Sequence record: SRR2962707_3714
Length of the DNA: 43,948 bases
Strand: one strand, 5' to 3'
Position numbers and translations under genes: made by a program. Of the stretch, positions 27,784 through 36,709 are shown piece after piece (the first letter of the stretch is position 1; the number at the start of each line of letters is the position of its first letter). The notes beneath the pieces are model-generated. The model was given only the letters and a program-made list of their open reading frames with translations. It had not been told where the DNA came from and did not search any database.

Positions 27784-28461
27784 GTGGAGCTTCGGTTCTT
27801 TGAACTATATAGAAACCCAGACTACATGTGGCTTTTGGCGCATGGCGTTGGTGTTAGCGCTGGAATAACGATTGCCGGGGCAATCTTAGGATTCATATTC
27901 GCACTTGCCTTGGCGGGTGCACGCTATGAGAGACTCCCGGTCCTGCGATGGGTCGCGGCTGGGTATGTTGATTTCATTCGCAACACGCCGCTGATCGTTC
28001 AGCTGTTTTTTGTAGCTTTTGGCCTTCCTCAGCTGTTGGGATATGTCTGGCCATTCTGGGCACACGCCGTTTTGGCTTTAACGCTGAATTTCTCGGCGTA
28101 TTTCGCAGAGATTTTGCGGGCAGGGTTTCAGACTGTAGACGAAGGGCAGCATGATGCGGCCAAGGCGCTTGCCTTGTCACGTACAGTGCGTTTCTTCAAA
28201 ATTGTGGTGCCGCAGTCGGTCGCGCAGATGTTTTCATCGCTGAATTCTCAATTCATCTTTCTGTTTCTGACAACTGGGGTCGTGTCTGAAATTGGCGTGA
28301 CAGACCTGACGCATGCTGGGTTGTTTATCGACAGCAGAACATTCCGGTCGTTCGAAGTCTTTATCACGCTCACGGTTCTTTATATTTTGTTGTCAATCGC
28401 CTTCAAGTTTTTGATGCAATTTGTCGAAAAACGCGCCTTTCGTTGGAAGGCTGCGCGATGA
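27784..28461 (+). CDS. Polar amino-acid ABC transporter permease (GTG start probable)
   Basis: YVDFIRNTPLIVQLFF, SAYFAEILRAG, EGQHDAAKALAL (EAA loop). Confidence 0.92.
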   Translation: MELRFFELYRNPDYMWLLAHGVGVSAGITIAGAILGFIFALALAGARYERLPVLRWVAAGYVDFIRNTPLIVQLFFVAFGLPQLLGYVWPFWAHAVLALTLNFSAYFAEILRAGFQTVDEGQHDAAKALALSRTVRFFKIVVPQSVAQMFSSLNSQFIFLFLTTGVVSEIGVTDLTHAGLFIDSRTFRSFEVFITLTVLYILLSIAFKFLMQFVEKRAFRWKAAR

Positions 28462-29165
28462 AGGACATGTTCATCTCTTTGCTTGGTAAGCCCGAAGGCA
28501 TCATCCTATTCCAGCTTATCGAAGCCACGCAATTCACGATCTATCTGTCACTGATCGCCTTCATCGGTGGCGGTATGATTGGCGCTGGCATCGCATTTTT
28601 ACGTATTTTGCCCAACCAAACAGCCCGGCGGTTTTCGATCAGCTACATCTGGTTCTTTCAATCGACTCCGCTGTTGATGCTGTTGTTTCTTACGGGCCTC
28701 GGCATTCCCGGATTGTATGGGGTTGATGTTAACCCTTGGGTTGCTGCCATTTTCTCTCTGACCTTCTACGCTTCCGCCTATTTGGCAGATGTCTGGCGTG
28801 GCGCAATTGAGAGTGTGCCGCAGGGCCAGTGGGAGGGATCCCGTTCCCTTGGCGTCGGTTTTTTCATCACGCTGCGAAAAGTCATTTTGCCACAAGCTTT
28901 ACGGGTCGCTCTGGCGCCAACGGTTGGCTTTATGGTCCAGATCATCAAGGGCACATCACTGGCCTACATCATCGGGTTTCATGACCTCATGTCGATCGGC
29001 AAACGTTGGGCCAATTCCCCCGTTCCCGGTTCTGAGCCCTACATCATCTTTCCGCTCATGGCGCTGATCTACTTTGCGCTGTGTTACCCCCTGTCACTTT
29101 GGTCCCGTCATTTGGAACGTCGACTGGGCACCTATTCGAAGAAAGTTGCGGTTACAGCAGCTTAA
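28458..29165 (+). CDS. Polar amino-acid ABC transporter permease
   Basis: FQSTPLLMLLF, SAYLADVWRGAIESVPQGQWE, IKGTSLA. Confidence 0.92.
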   Translation: MKDMFISLLGKPEGIILFQLIEATQFTIYLSLIAFIGGGMIGAGIAFLRILPNQTARRFSISYIWFFQSTPLLMLLFLTGLGIPGLYGVDVNPWVAAIFSLTFYASAYLADVWRGAIESVPQGQWEGSRSLGVGFFITLRKVILPQALRVALAPTVGFMVQIIKGTSLAYIIGFHDLMSIGKRWANSPVPGSEPYIIFPLMALIYFALCYPLSLWSRHLERRLGTYSKKVAVTAA

Positions 29166-29185
29166 ATACAACTGAGGAGATTCTA

Positions 29186-29974
29186 ATGTTCACAACTAAA
29201 ATCAAGGCCGTGGTGGCCGCAGCCGTATTGGCATTGCCATTTGCGGCGCCTGCACAGGCTGACCTGTCTGATATCTTAAGCGCTGGTGTGGTCAAAATCG
29301 CCGTTCCAGAAAGCTTTCCTCCTTTCGGCGCATTGGGCATGGAAGGCGAGCATGAAGGCTATGACGTCGACGTTGCCAAACTGATCGCGGATAATCTGGG
29401 TGTTGAGCTTGAATTGGTGCCCGTCGTCTCCAAGCAACGTATCCCTTTCCTTGAAACCGATCGCGTTGATTTGGTGATTTCGACCATGGGTGCCAACCCT
29501 GAACGTGCCAAGTCGATCTGGTTCTCAGCCGCTTATGCGCCATTCTATTCCGGTGCCTTTGCCGGCGCTGACAAAATGATTTCGAGCCCAGCCGATTTGG
29601 CGGGTATGAAAGTTGGTCTGACAGGCGGTACACTCGAAGATCTCGAAGTAACAAAAATGGCACCTGACGGCACTGAAATTATCCGCTTTGGTGATAACGC
29701 GGCGACGCAGTCTGCCTTTATCTCGGGTCAAGTTGACGTGTTGGTTGCCGGTAATACGCTGGCTGCCGCTGTTGCTGACAACAACCCAGATCTTAGCATT
29801 GAACGTAAGTTCATCATCAAGGATAGCCCTGCCTTTATCGGTGTGAAAAAAGGCAACTTTGATTTGCTGCAGTGGGTTAACGTTTTCATCCTGCATAAAA
29901 AGCTGGGTGGCGATCTGAACGAGATTTCGCTGAAATGGTTGGGTCAGCCTTTGCCACCTCTGCCAACATTCTAA
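29186..29974 (+). CDS. Polar amino-acid ABC substrate-binding protein (family 3)
   Basis: Signal peptide ending AQA; FPPFG, GYDVDVA, RIPFLETDRVDLVIS; GAGGAG RBS. Confidence 0.93.
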   Translation: MFTTKIKAVVAAAVLALPFAAPAQADLSDILSAGVVKIAVPESFPPFGALGMEGEHEGYDVDVAKLIADNLGVELELVPVVSKQRIPFLETDRVDLVISTMGANPERAKSIWFSAAYAPFYSGAFAGADKMISSPADLAGMKVGLTGGTLEDLEVTKMAPDGTEIIRFGDNAATQSAFISGQVDVLVAGNTLAAAVADNNPDLSIERKFIIKDSPAFIGVKKGNFDLLQWVNVFILHKKLGGDLNEISLKWLGQPLPPLPTF

Positions 29975-29996
29975 GTTTTTGTCTTTCGTGACGTTG

Positions 29997-30030
29997 CAGG
30001 CCCGGGGACTCCTCGGGCCTGTTCTTTTTT
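29997..30030 (+). terminator. Terminator after the ABC cluster
   Basis: CAGGCCCGGGG-act-CCTCGGGCCTG-TTCTTTTTT. Confidence 0.85.
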
Positions 30031-30094
30031 GGAAGGCGTCTGGCGCTTCATTCCGTGTGCGACTAGTCTGCGCGAAACCTGTTTGGAGATCGCC

Positions 30095-30883
30095 ATGTCC
30101 TTCACCCTTGCCACTTGGAACATCAATTCTGTCCGCTTGCGCGAACCTCTTGTGGTGAAGCTTTTGCAGGAAGAGGGCCCGGACGTCTTGTGTTTGCAAG
30201 AGTGCAAAAGCCCGGTCGAAAAAATACCCACCGAAGCCTTTGCTGAACTTGGCTACACCCACATGGTTGCGCGGGGCCAAAAGGGCTATAATGGTGTGGC
30301 GATCCTGTCCAAACTTCCAATCGTCGAAGCAGGAGCCGAGGATTTTGCCCAGCTGGGGCACGCGCGTCATGTGGCTGGAAAGCTCGAAAATGGGGTAACC
30401 ATCCACAATTTTTATGTGCCGGCTGGTGGCGATAAGCCTGATCGAGAAATCAACGAGAAGTTTGGTCAAAAGCTCGATTACCTCACGCAGATGCGTGATT
30501 GGTTTCATGCCGATGCGCCGCAAAAGTCTATCTTGGTCGGGGATCTAAATATAGCCCCGCGTGAGGACGATGTGTGGGGGCATAAGCAGTTGTTAAAGGT
30601 GGTGAGCCACACGCCCATCGAAGTTGAGCACTTGGCCGAGACACAGGATGCCGGCAAATGGGTCGATATCACACGTCAGGACATCCCGGACGGGCTCTTG
30701 TACAGCTGGTGGTCTTATCGGGCCAAAGATTGGAGTGCCGCAGATAAGGGCCGTCGTTTGGACCATGTTTGGGCGACCCAAGACATCTCGGCGGCGGGGC
30801 ACTCCAGCCGGATCCTGCGCGATGCGCGCGGCTGGGAAAAGCCCTCTGACCATGCCCCGGTCTTTGCAACCTTCGATTTGTAA
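30095..30883 (+). CDS. xth: Exodeoxyribonuclease III
   Basis: ATWNINSVRLR, LCLQECK, YNGVA, GDLNIAP, RLDHVW, PSDHAPV. Confidence 0.96.
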   Translation: MSFTLATWNINSVRLREPLVVKLLQEEGPDVLCLQECKSPVEKIPTEAFAELGYTHMVARGQKGYNGVAILSKLPIVEAGAEDFAQLGHARHVAGKLENGVTIHNFYVPAGGDKPDREINEKFGQKLDYLTQMRDWFHADAPQKSILVGDLNIAPREDDVWGHKQLLKVVSHTPIEVEHLAETQDAGKWVDITRQDIPDGLLYSWWSYRAKDWSAADKGRRLDHVWATQDISAAGHSSRILRDARGWEKPSDHAPVFATFDL

Positions 30884-30910
30884 CCTGCCAAAGACAGGGC
30901 ATATTGCTTA

Positions 30911-31417
30911 TTAACGCAGCCATGCGCCGTAGGGGGCATGGCGCTTAGACATATCATCATAGAGCCACGCCATTCGGTCCAGAAACCAGGTTTTTCCGAT
31001 CATACAGATCGTGAGGCCCAGTAAGGTCCAGGGTACAGACAGGCTCCATAAGCCCCAGATCATTGGCAGTAGGCCAAGCCCGCTTAGAATAGACAAGCCC
31101 ATTGCCCAGGCTGCGTGGTGAGCGGGGATTGGTATCGTTGTTCGGTTGAGCCACACTCTTTCGCCCATCACGCCGCGTGACGCCCAGCTTTTGGTTGAAG
31201 CGGGCGCCGGAAAGAGGTGAGGATTGAGCCGTGTCCAGACCATGATCAGAGCAACGGGTCCCAAAGAGGCCCATCCCAGCCAAACGCGGCTCCAGATGAC
31301 CAGGACCATCAGCGGCAATATGGAATAGCGTGTATAGACGGACCATGGATTGGCATGGCGTGCCCAGGCTGCCTCATTGAGGCCCATCGCCTTTTCCATA
31401 CCGCGAAAGAGATTCAT
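30911..31417 (-). CDS. DUF6653-like membrane protein
   Basis: WARHANPWS.YTR, NP..FP.P....WASRGV.GERVW, GKTWFLDRM; GGAGG before ATG 31417. Confidence 0.8.
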   Translation of the reverse strand: MNLFRGMEKAMGLNEAAWARHANPWSVYTRYSILPLMVLVIWSRVWLGWASLGPVALIMVWTRLNPHLFPAPASTKSWASRGVMGERVWLNRTTIPIPAHHAAWAMGLSILSGLGLLPMIWGLWSLSVPWTLLGLTICMIGKTWFLDRMAWLYDDMSKRHAPYGAWLR

Positions 31418-31432
31418 TGCTGTGTCCTCAAC

Positions 31433-31461
31433 CTTGGAATCTGATCGTGAAAGGTTCATAT
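31433..31461 (+). promoter_or_regulatory. Putative RpoH promoter of the cnoX operon
   Basis: CTTGGA...TTCATAT with sigma32-like spacing; cnoX/ybbN is a heat-shock gene. Confidence 0.5.
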
Positions 31462-31498
31462 AGGCTTCAATTGGATTTCATTAAGGCACGAGAATAAC

Positions 31499-32431
31499 AT
31501 GATTGAACTTGGTGGACAAAACGAAGCGGTTTCTGCGAGCGACCTGATCAAGGACGTGACTGAAGCAACTTTCATGGCTGACATCGTAGATGCCAGCATG
31601 ACCGTACCGGTGATCGTCGATTTCTGGGCCCCTTGGTGTGGCCCTTGCAAGACGCTTGGACCAGCTTTGGAAGAAGCTGTAATCGCGGCCAAAGGCGCGG
31701 TCAAAATGGCAAAAGTCGATGTAGATCAGAACCAGATGCTGGTTCAGGCGCTTTCGCAACAAGGGTTGCCATTGCAGTCTATTCCAACGGTTGTTGCTTT
31801 TGTTCAGGGGCGGCCCATTGATATGTTCCAAGGGGCGCTGCCGGGATCTGAGATCAAAGCGTTCATCGACAAAGCGATCGAAGCGGGTGGCGGTGATGCC
31901 TCTGGGGGCCTGGATGAAGCCATAACCGTTGCCGAAGAAATGCTCGAAGAAGGCGCTGCAGCGGATGCAGCACAAACCTTTGCGGCTATTCTGGGTGAAG
32001 ATCCCGTGAATGTTCTGGCCTATGCTGGTTTGGTGCGATCCCATATCGCGATGGAAGATCTGGAGCAGGCCGAGGCTGTCTTGAATGGCGCTCCGGCTGA
32101 GATTTCCGAAGCACCTGAGTTGGAGGCGGCATTTGCTCAGCTCGAGCTGGCCAAACAAGCCGCGGATGCAGGCCCGGTAGCCGACCTGACGGCGGCTGTT
32201 GACGCAAATCCAGATGATTTGCAGGCCCGTTTTGATTTGGCCCAAGCCTTGTACGCCAATGACGACGCAGAGGCGGCCGTTGCGCAATTGTTGGAGCTGT
32301 TTCGACGTGATCGGGAATGGAACGACGGGGCCGCCAAGCAGCAGCTCTTTACCATCTTTGAGGCGCTCAAACCCAATGATCCGGTTGTTTTGAATGGGCG
32401 TCGCAAGTTGAGCTCGATGATATTTGCTTAA
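31499..32431 (+). CDS. cnoX: Chaperedoxin (thioredoxin + TPR), CnoX/YbbN
   Basis: DFWAPWCGPCK thioredoxin domain, TPR C-terminus ending GRRKLSSMIFA. Confidence 0.93.
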   Translation: MIELGGQNEAVSASDLIKDVTEATFMADIVDASMTVPVIVDFWAPWCGPCKTLGPALEEAVIAAKGAVKMAKVDVDQNQMLVQALSQQGLPLQSIPTVVAFVQGRPIDMFQGALPGSEIKAFIDKAIEAGGGDASGGLDEAITVAEEMLEEGAAADAAQTFAAILGEDPVNVLAYAGLVRSHIAMEDLEQAEAVLNGAPAEISEAPELEAAFAQLELAKQAADAGPVADLTAAVDANPDDLQARFDLAQALYANDDAEAAVAQLLELFRRDREWNDGAAKQQLFTIFEALKPNDPVVLNGRRKLSSMIFA

Positions 32432-32458
32432 CCACGACTCCGGGCTAGGTCCTTTTGC

Positions 32459-33103
32459 ATGATACAATTATCTGATCTGCCAGACGTCATACCGGTTTTC
32501 CCTTTACCCGGGGCGATATTGTTGCCTCGGTCCCGGCTGCCTTTGCAGCTTTTTGAACCGCGGTATCTGGCGATGTTGGAAGACACGCTGAAATCGAACA
32601 CGCGTTTGATTGGTATGATTCAACCGAATGAGGTGCCGGGGCGCGAGGGGGATGGGCTGTATAGGATTGGCTGTGCAGGTCGGGTCAGTCAATTTTCTGA
32701 GACCGAAGATGGCCGTTATATGATCACCTTAAGTGGGGTGTCCCGGTTTCGAGTCTCAGCTGAGATTGACGGATTTACGCCCTACCGGCGCTGCAAGGTC
32801 GATTGGGAGGGGTTTGGTCGCGATCAGGGCCCGACGGAAACCGACCCGACGCTAAACCGCAAAGCGCTGATGGCGCTGCTGGAGCGGTATTTCACGGCTC
32901 AGGATCTGGATGTTGAATGGCAGACGCTGCGCGATGCTGAAGACGAGCTTTTGATCAATTCTCTTTCGATGCTTTTAGGGTTCGAACCAGAAGAAAAGCA
33001 GGCTTTGTTAGAAGCGCCATCCCTCAGCACCCGCCGTGAAACGCTAATCACGTTGATCGAATATGCCCTACGGGGCGGGGATGGTAAGGATTTCTTACAA
33101 TGA
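32459..33103 (+). CDS. LON peptidase substrate-binding (N-terminal) domain protein
   Basis: [31 protein letters not shown]. Confidence 0.92.
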   Translation: MIQLSDLPDVIPVFPLPGAILLPRSRLPLQLFEPRYLAMLEDTLKSNTRLIGMIQPNEVPGREGDGLYRIGCAGRVSQFSETEDGRYMITLSGVSRFRVSAEIDGFTPYRRCKVDWEGFGRDQGPTETDPTLNRKALMALLERYFTAQDLDVEWQTLRDAEDELLINSLSMLLGFEPEEKQALLEAPSLSTRRETLITLIEYALRGGDGKDFLQ

Positions 33104-33279
33104 ATGAAAAGATGTTTGACCGCAGGATGTTGGAAGCTTTGATCTGTCCGCAAACCCATGCGCGGCTTGACTATGATGCGCAGGCTCAGGAGTTGATCAG
33201 CAAGAACGCCGGTTTGGCCTTTCCGATAAGGGACGGCATTCCGGTTATGTTGATCGATGAAGCCCGCATTTTAGACTGA
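33100..33279 (+). CDS. Trm112/YcaR family protein (59 aa)
   Basis: Manual translation ...[10 protein letters not shown]...[22 protein letters not shown] overlap with the upstream gene. Confidence 0.93.
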   Translation: MNEKMFDRRMLEALICPQTHARLDYDAQAQELISKNAGLAFPIRDGIPVMLIDEARILD

Positions 33280-33285
33280 CCAGAT

Positions 33286-33382
33286 GGAGCGCGCCCCAAG
33301 GGGCGCGCGCTTGATATCTCGGCTTTGGCCTGCGGCCGCCGCCTCGGGATTGCCTCTGGCAGGGATATTTGAGCCAAAAGAT
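33286..33382. repeat. REP-like intergenic palindromic element
   Basis: GCGCGCCCC-aa-GGGGCGCGC, TTGGCCTGCGGCC and CCTCTGGCAGGGATATTTGAGCCAAAAGA resemble short dispersed repeats I recall from roseobacter genomes; single copy in this window. Confidence 0.5.
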
Positions 33383-33389
33383 ATTGGTG

Positions 33390-34349
33390 TTACGCGTTCG
33401 CGATCATTTCGGACTGGCGCACGATGACTTCGGCCTGTTTGATCGACGCGATATCAACCAAGCGGCCTTTGTAGACTGTGGCACCTTCGCCCTTGGCTTT
33501 GGCTTCTTCCATGGCAGCCAGGATTTCACGGGCTTCGGCGACGGCTTTTTCAGATGGGGTGAAGACCTCGTTTGCCAAGCCGATTTGTTTGGGATGGATT
33601 GCCCATTTCCCGACCATACCAAGTGTTGCGGAGCGCAAGGCCTGAGCCCGGTAGCCTTCGTCATCTGAGAAGTCGCCAAAGGGGCCATCTACGGGGAGCA
33701 CTCCGTGGGTGCGGCAAGCGGCGACAATGGCGGCTTGAGCCCAATGCCAAGGGTCCGACCAGTGTTTTTGGCCTTCGTGCAGCATGTAGTAGTTTTCTTG
33801 CGTGCCGCCGATGCCGGTGGTTGCCATGCCCATGGAGGCCGCAAAATCAGCGGCCCCGAGGCTCATCGCTTCGAGGCGGGGGGAGGCGGCGGCGATCTCT
33901 TCGACATGAGCGATGCCAGCAGCACTTTCGATAATGACTTCGAAAGCAATCTTTTTCGTGCGGCCTTTGGCGGTTTCAATCGCTGTCACAAGGGCGTCGA
34001 CCGCGTAGATATCAGCCGCACAGCCGACTTTTGGGATCATGATTTGGTCAAGCCGTTCCGATGCATGCTCCATTAGATCCACGACGTCGCGATACCAGTA
34101 TGGCGTATCCAACCCGTTGATTCGCACCGAGAGCGTCTTGGTCCCCCAATCGACATCGCCGATGGCTTGAATGATGTTGGTGCGGGCGCTGTCTTTGTCA
34201 GAGGGGGCAACCGAGTCTTCGAGGTCCAGATTGATTACATCCGCTGCGCTGGCAGCCATTTTTTCAAAAAGTGCTGGGCGGGACCCTGGGCCAAACAGTT
34301 GGCACCGGTTGGGGCGGGCAGGGGCGGTGGGTTGAAGGCGGAAGGACAT
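33390..34349 (-). CDS. mcl1: L-malyl-CoA/beta-methylmalyl-CoA lyase
   Basis: MSFRLQP..PARPNRCQLFGPGS, DLEDSVAP, RINGLDT, DGPFGDFSD, GKWAIHP, VDIASIKQAE. Confidence 0.94.
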   Translation of the reverse strand: MSFRLQPTAPARPNRCQLFGPGSRPALFEKMAASAADVINLDLEDSVAPSDKDSARTNIIQAIGDVDWGTKTLSVRINGLDTPYWYRDVVDLMEHASERLDQIMIPKVGCAADIYAVDALVTAIETAKGRTKKIAFEVIIESAAGIAHVEEIAAASPRLEAMSLGAADFAASMGMATTGIGGTQENYYMLHEGQKHWSDPWHWAQAAIVAACRTHGVLPVDGPFGDFSDDEGYRAQALRSATLGMVGKWAIHPKQIGLANEVFTPSEKAVAEAREILAAMEEAKAKGEGATVYKGRLVDIASIKQAEVIVRQSEMIANA

Positions 34350-34414
34350 ATGGGCCTCTTGCGTAATGAAGTTGCTTATTTCTAATGTAATTCGTTATTA
34401 AATTACGCTGCAAT

Positions 34415-34535
34415 GCGCAAGTTTATTTTGCGCGTGCGGCATTTTCCCTGATCATTGTGGCGCAAGAATTTTGCGCAACGCAGGTCAAAAAGAAGAAAAT
34501 CTTGTTTCATTTGCTCTTCAGTGAAGGAATTTGCG
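34415..34535. promoter_or_regulatory. Cluster of GCGCAA...TTGCGC palindromes in the mcl1/dgcN divergent spacer
   Basis: GCGCAAgtttattTTGCGC (34415-34433), GCGCAAgaattTTGCGC (34460-34476), GTGAAggaatTTGCG (34521-34535). Confidence 0.5.
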
Positions 34536-34593
34536 ATCAATTTGCGCGGAGATGACGGCAAACTGCCTGCAACAAAAGACACAGGGGCCTGTC

Positions 34594-35595
34594 ATGATCA
34601 AAACACCGTATTTGTTATTCCTTGGCGATGCGCCAGATGCTTTGGCCGCCAAGGTCGCGCAGGGCATTCGCGACTGGCGACCCGAAAACGCCGTTGGCCA
34701 ATTTCGAATGGAAGGCTGCGGGGCAGATCTTGGTCTGGAAGACATGTCTTTGGCGCAAGCGCTGGAAGCTGGGGCGAAAACATTGGTGATCGGTGTTGCC
34801 AACCGTGGAGGCGTGATCTCGGCAGAATGGCGCGCTGTGTTGGTTGAGGCCCTGGAGGCCGGATTCGATTTGGCGTCGGGGCTTCACAATCTGCTGAAAG
34901 ATGAGCCTGAGCTTGTCGCGGCAGCGGCTGCAAATGGGCGCAGCTTGCACGACGTCCGGGTTCCTTCGGTGCAGTATCCCATCGCCAATGGTGTCAAGCG
35001 CAGCGGCAAGCGCTTGCTTGCGGTTGGGACAGATTGCTCGGTTGGTAAGATGTACACAGCGCTTTGTATCGACGCTGAGATGCAAAAACGCGGTTTGAAG
35101 TCAACCTTTCGCGCCACAGGGCAAACCGGGATTTTGATCACAGGCGACGGCGTGCCACTGGATGCGGTGATTGCTGATTTCATGGCGGGTTCCGTGGAAT
35201 GGCTGACCCCAGACAACGACGAAGATCATTGGGATATTATTGAGGGGCAAGGCAGCTTGTTTCATGTGTCCTATTCTGGAGTGACGATGGCCTTGATTCA
35301 TGGAGGTCAACCAGACGCCCTGATCGTATGTCATGAACCAACGCGCGAACACATGCGGGGCTTACCGGGCTATTCATTGCCCACAATGCAGCAGGTGATC
35401 GATGTAGCGTTGCCTTTGGCTCAGGTTGGCAATCCATCTTGCCTGGTTGTTGGCTTTGCGGTGAACACGCAGCATATGAGTGAAGATGAAGCGCTTGCCT
35501 ATTTGTCCAAAGTAGAAGCCGAGCTGGGTTTACCAGCGACGGATCCGTTCCGATTTGGTGCGGGTAAGCTGGTAGATGCGCTTGCCGCGTTATAA
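34594..35595 (+). CDS. dgcN: D-glutamate N-acetyltransferase (DUF1611)
   Basis: AAKVA.GI.DWRP, SGLH, VGTDCSVGKMYT, ATGQTG, EGQGSL; adjacent to a dgcA-like gene. Confidence 0.88.
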   Translation: MIKTPYLLFLGDAPDALAAKVAQGIRDWRPENAVGQFRMEGCGADLGLEDMSLAQALEAGAKTLVIGVANRGGVISAEWRAVLVEALEAGFDLASGLHNLLKDEPELVAAAAANGRSLHDVRVPSVQYPIANGVKRSGKRLLAVGTDCSVGKMYTALCIDAEMQKRGLKSTFRATGQTGILITGDGVPLDAVIADFMAGSVEWLTPDNDEDHWDIIEGQGSLFHVSYSGVTMALIHGGQPDALIVCHEPTREHMRGLPGYSLPTMQQVIDVALPLAQVGNPSCLVVGFAVNTQHMSEDEALAYLSKVEAELGLPATDPFRFGAGKLVDALAAL

Positions 35596-35682
35596 GAGAG
35601 ACGAAATTTATTGCGTCATTTCGGGGGTAAATATGCCAGCCGACGTGGCGCAATCACGACGTAAATCAAAGGGGAAAGACGC

Positions 35683-36648
35683 GTGGATATCCAGGTAACG
35701 CGGGACGTGTTCCGCTTGGCGCAGGTCTTTACCATCTCTCGTGGATCGCGCACCGAAGCCAAGGTTCTGACCGTGCGTATCAGCGATGGGGTGCATACGG
35801 GCGTCGGGGAATGCGTGCCGTACGCCCGCTATGCGGAGACCTTGGAGTCTGTGGAAGCTGAGATTGCGGGATTGCCCAGTGAATTCTCACGTGCTGCCTT
35901 GTACGATTTGTTGCCAGCAGGTGCGGCGCGCAATGCGGTTGATTGTGCTTTGTGGGATCTAGAGGCCAAACGAGCGGGCAAGCCGGTATGGGAATTGGCT
36001 GGGTTGCCTCAGCCTGGCCCAGAAATTACCGCGTATACTTTGTCGCTTGATACGCCGGACGCGATGCAGGCGCAGGCGGCCAAACATGCTTTTAGACCTA
36101 TCCTGAAGATCAAATTGGGGACGCCCGACGATATGCCCCGGCTTGAAGCCGTACGAGCAGGGGCGCCCAACTCAACAATTATCATTGATGCTAATGAAGG
36201 TTGGTCGGCTGAGGTTTACGCGGATTTGGCGCCGCATCTGGTCCGGCTGGGCGTGACATTGGTTGAGCAACCTTTGCCTGCGGGTGAGGATAACGCGTTG
36301 ATTGGTATGGACCGACCGGTACCGGTCTGTGCTGATGAATCCTGTCATGACCGATCCAGCCTGTCGAAGCTTACGGGTAAATATGATGTGGTGAACATCA
36401 AATTGGACAAGACTGGCGGCCTGACAGAAGCGCTCGCTTTGCGAAAGGCGGCCTTGGCGCAGGGCTATGATGTTATGGTCGGCTGCATGGTCGGATCCTC
36501 TTTGGCCATGGCGCCGGCTGTGCTTGTTGCGCAGGGGGCCTTGGTGACAGACCTTGACGGACCGCTGCTTCTGGCCGAAGACCGCAGCACGCCTTTGCGA
36601 TTTGATACGCAAGGTGTACATCCGTCAGACCCCGCGTTGTGGGGATGA
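35683..36648 (+). CDS. dgcA: N-acetyl-D-Glu racemase / dipeptide epimerase (enolase superfamily)
   Basis: FTISRGS, GECVPY, KIKLG, DANEGW, EQP, ADES, NIKLDKTGG, MVGCM, DLDG. Confidence 0.88.
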   Translation: MDIQVTRDVFRLAQVFTISRGSRTEAKVLTVRISDGVHTGVGECVPYARYAETLESVEAEIAGLPSEFSRAALYDLLPAGAARNAVDCALWDLEAKRAGKPVWELAGLPQPGPEITAYTLSLDTPDAMQAQAAKHAFRPILKIKLGTPDDMPRLEAVRAGAPNSTIIIDANEGWSAEVYADLAPHLVRLGVTLVEQPLPAGEDNALIGMDRPVPVCADESCHDRSSLSKLTGKYDVVNIKLDKTGGLTEALALRKAALAQGYDVMVGCMVGSSLAMAPAVLVAQGALVTDLDGPLLLAEDRSTPLRFDTQGVHPSDPALWG

Positions 36649-36709
36649 CAAGCGAAACGTGATCAGGACAGGCCGGGCTTCGCCCCGGACAAGAAAAGGA
36701 CTTAAGCCC

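Noticed and set aside
29525-30523. 332-aa antisense ORF
   Set aside because: Shadow across SBP, terminator and xth; no recognisable domain
31481-32467. 328-aa antisense ORF
   Set aside because: Mirror of cnoX
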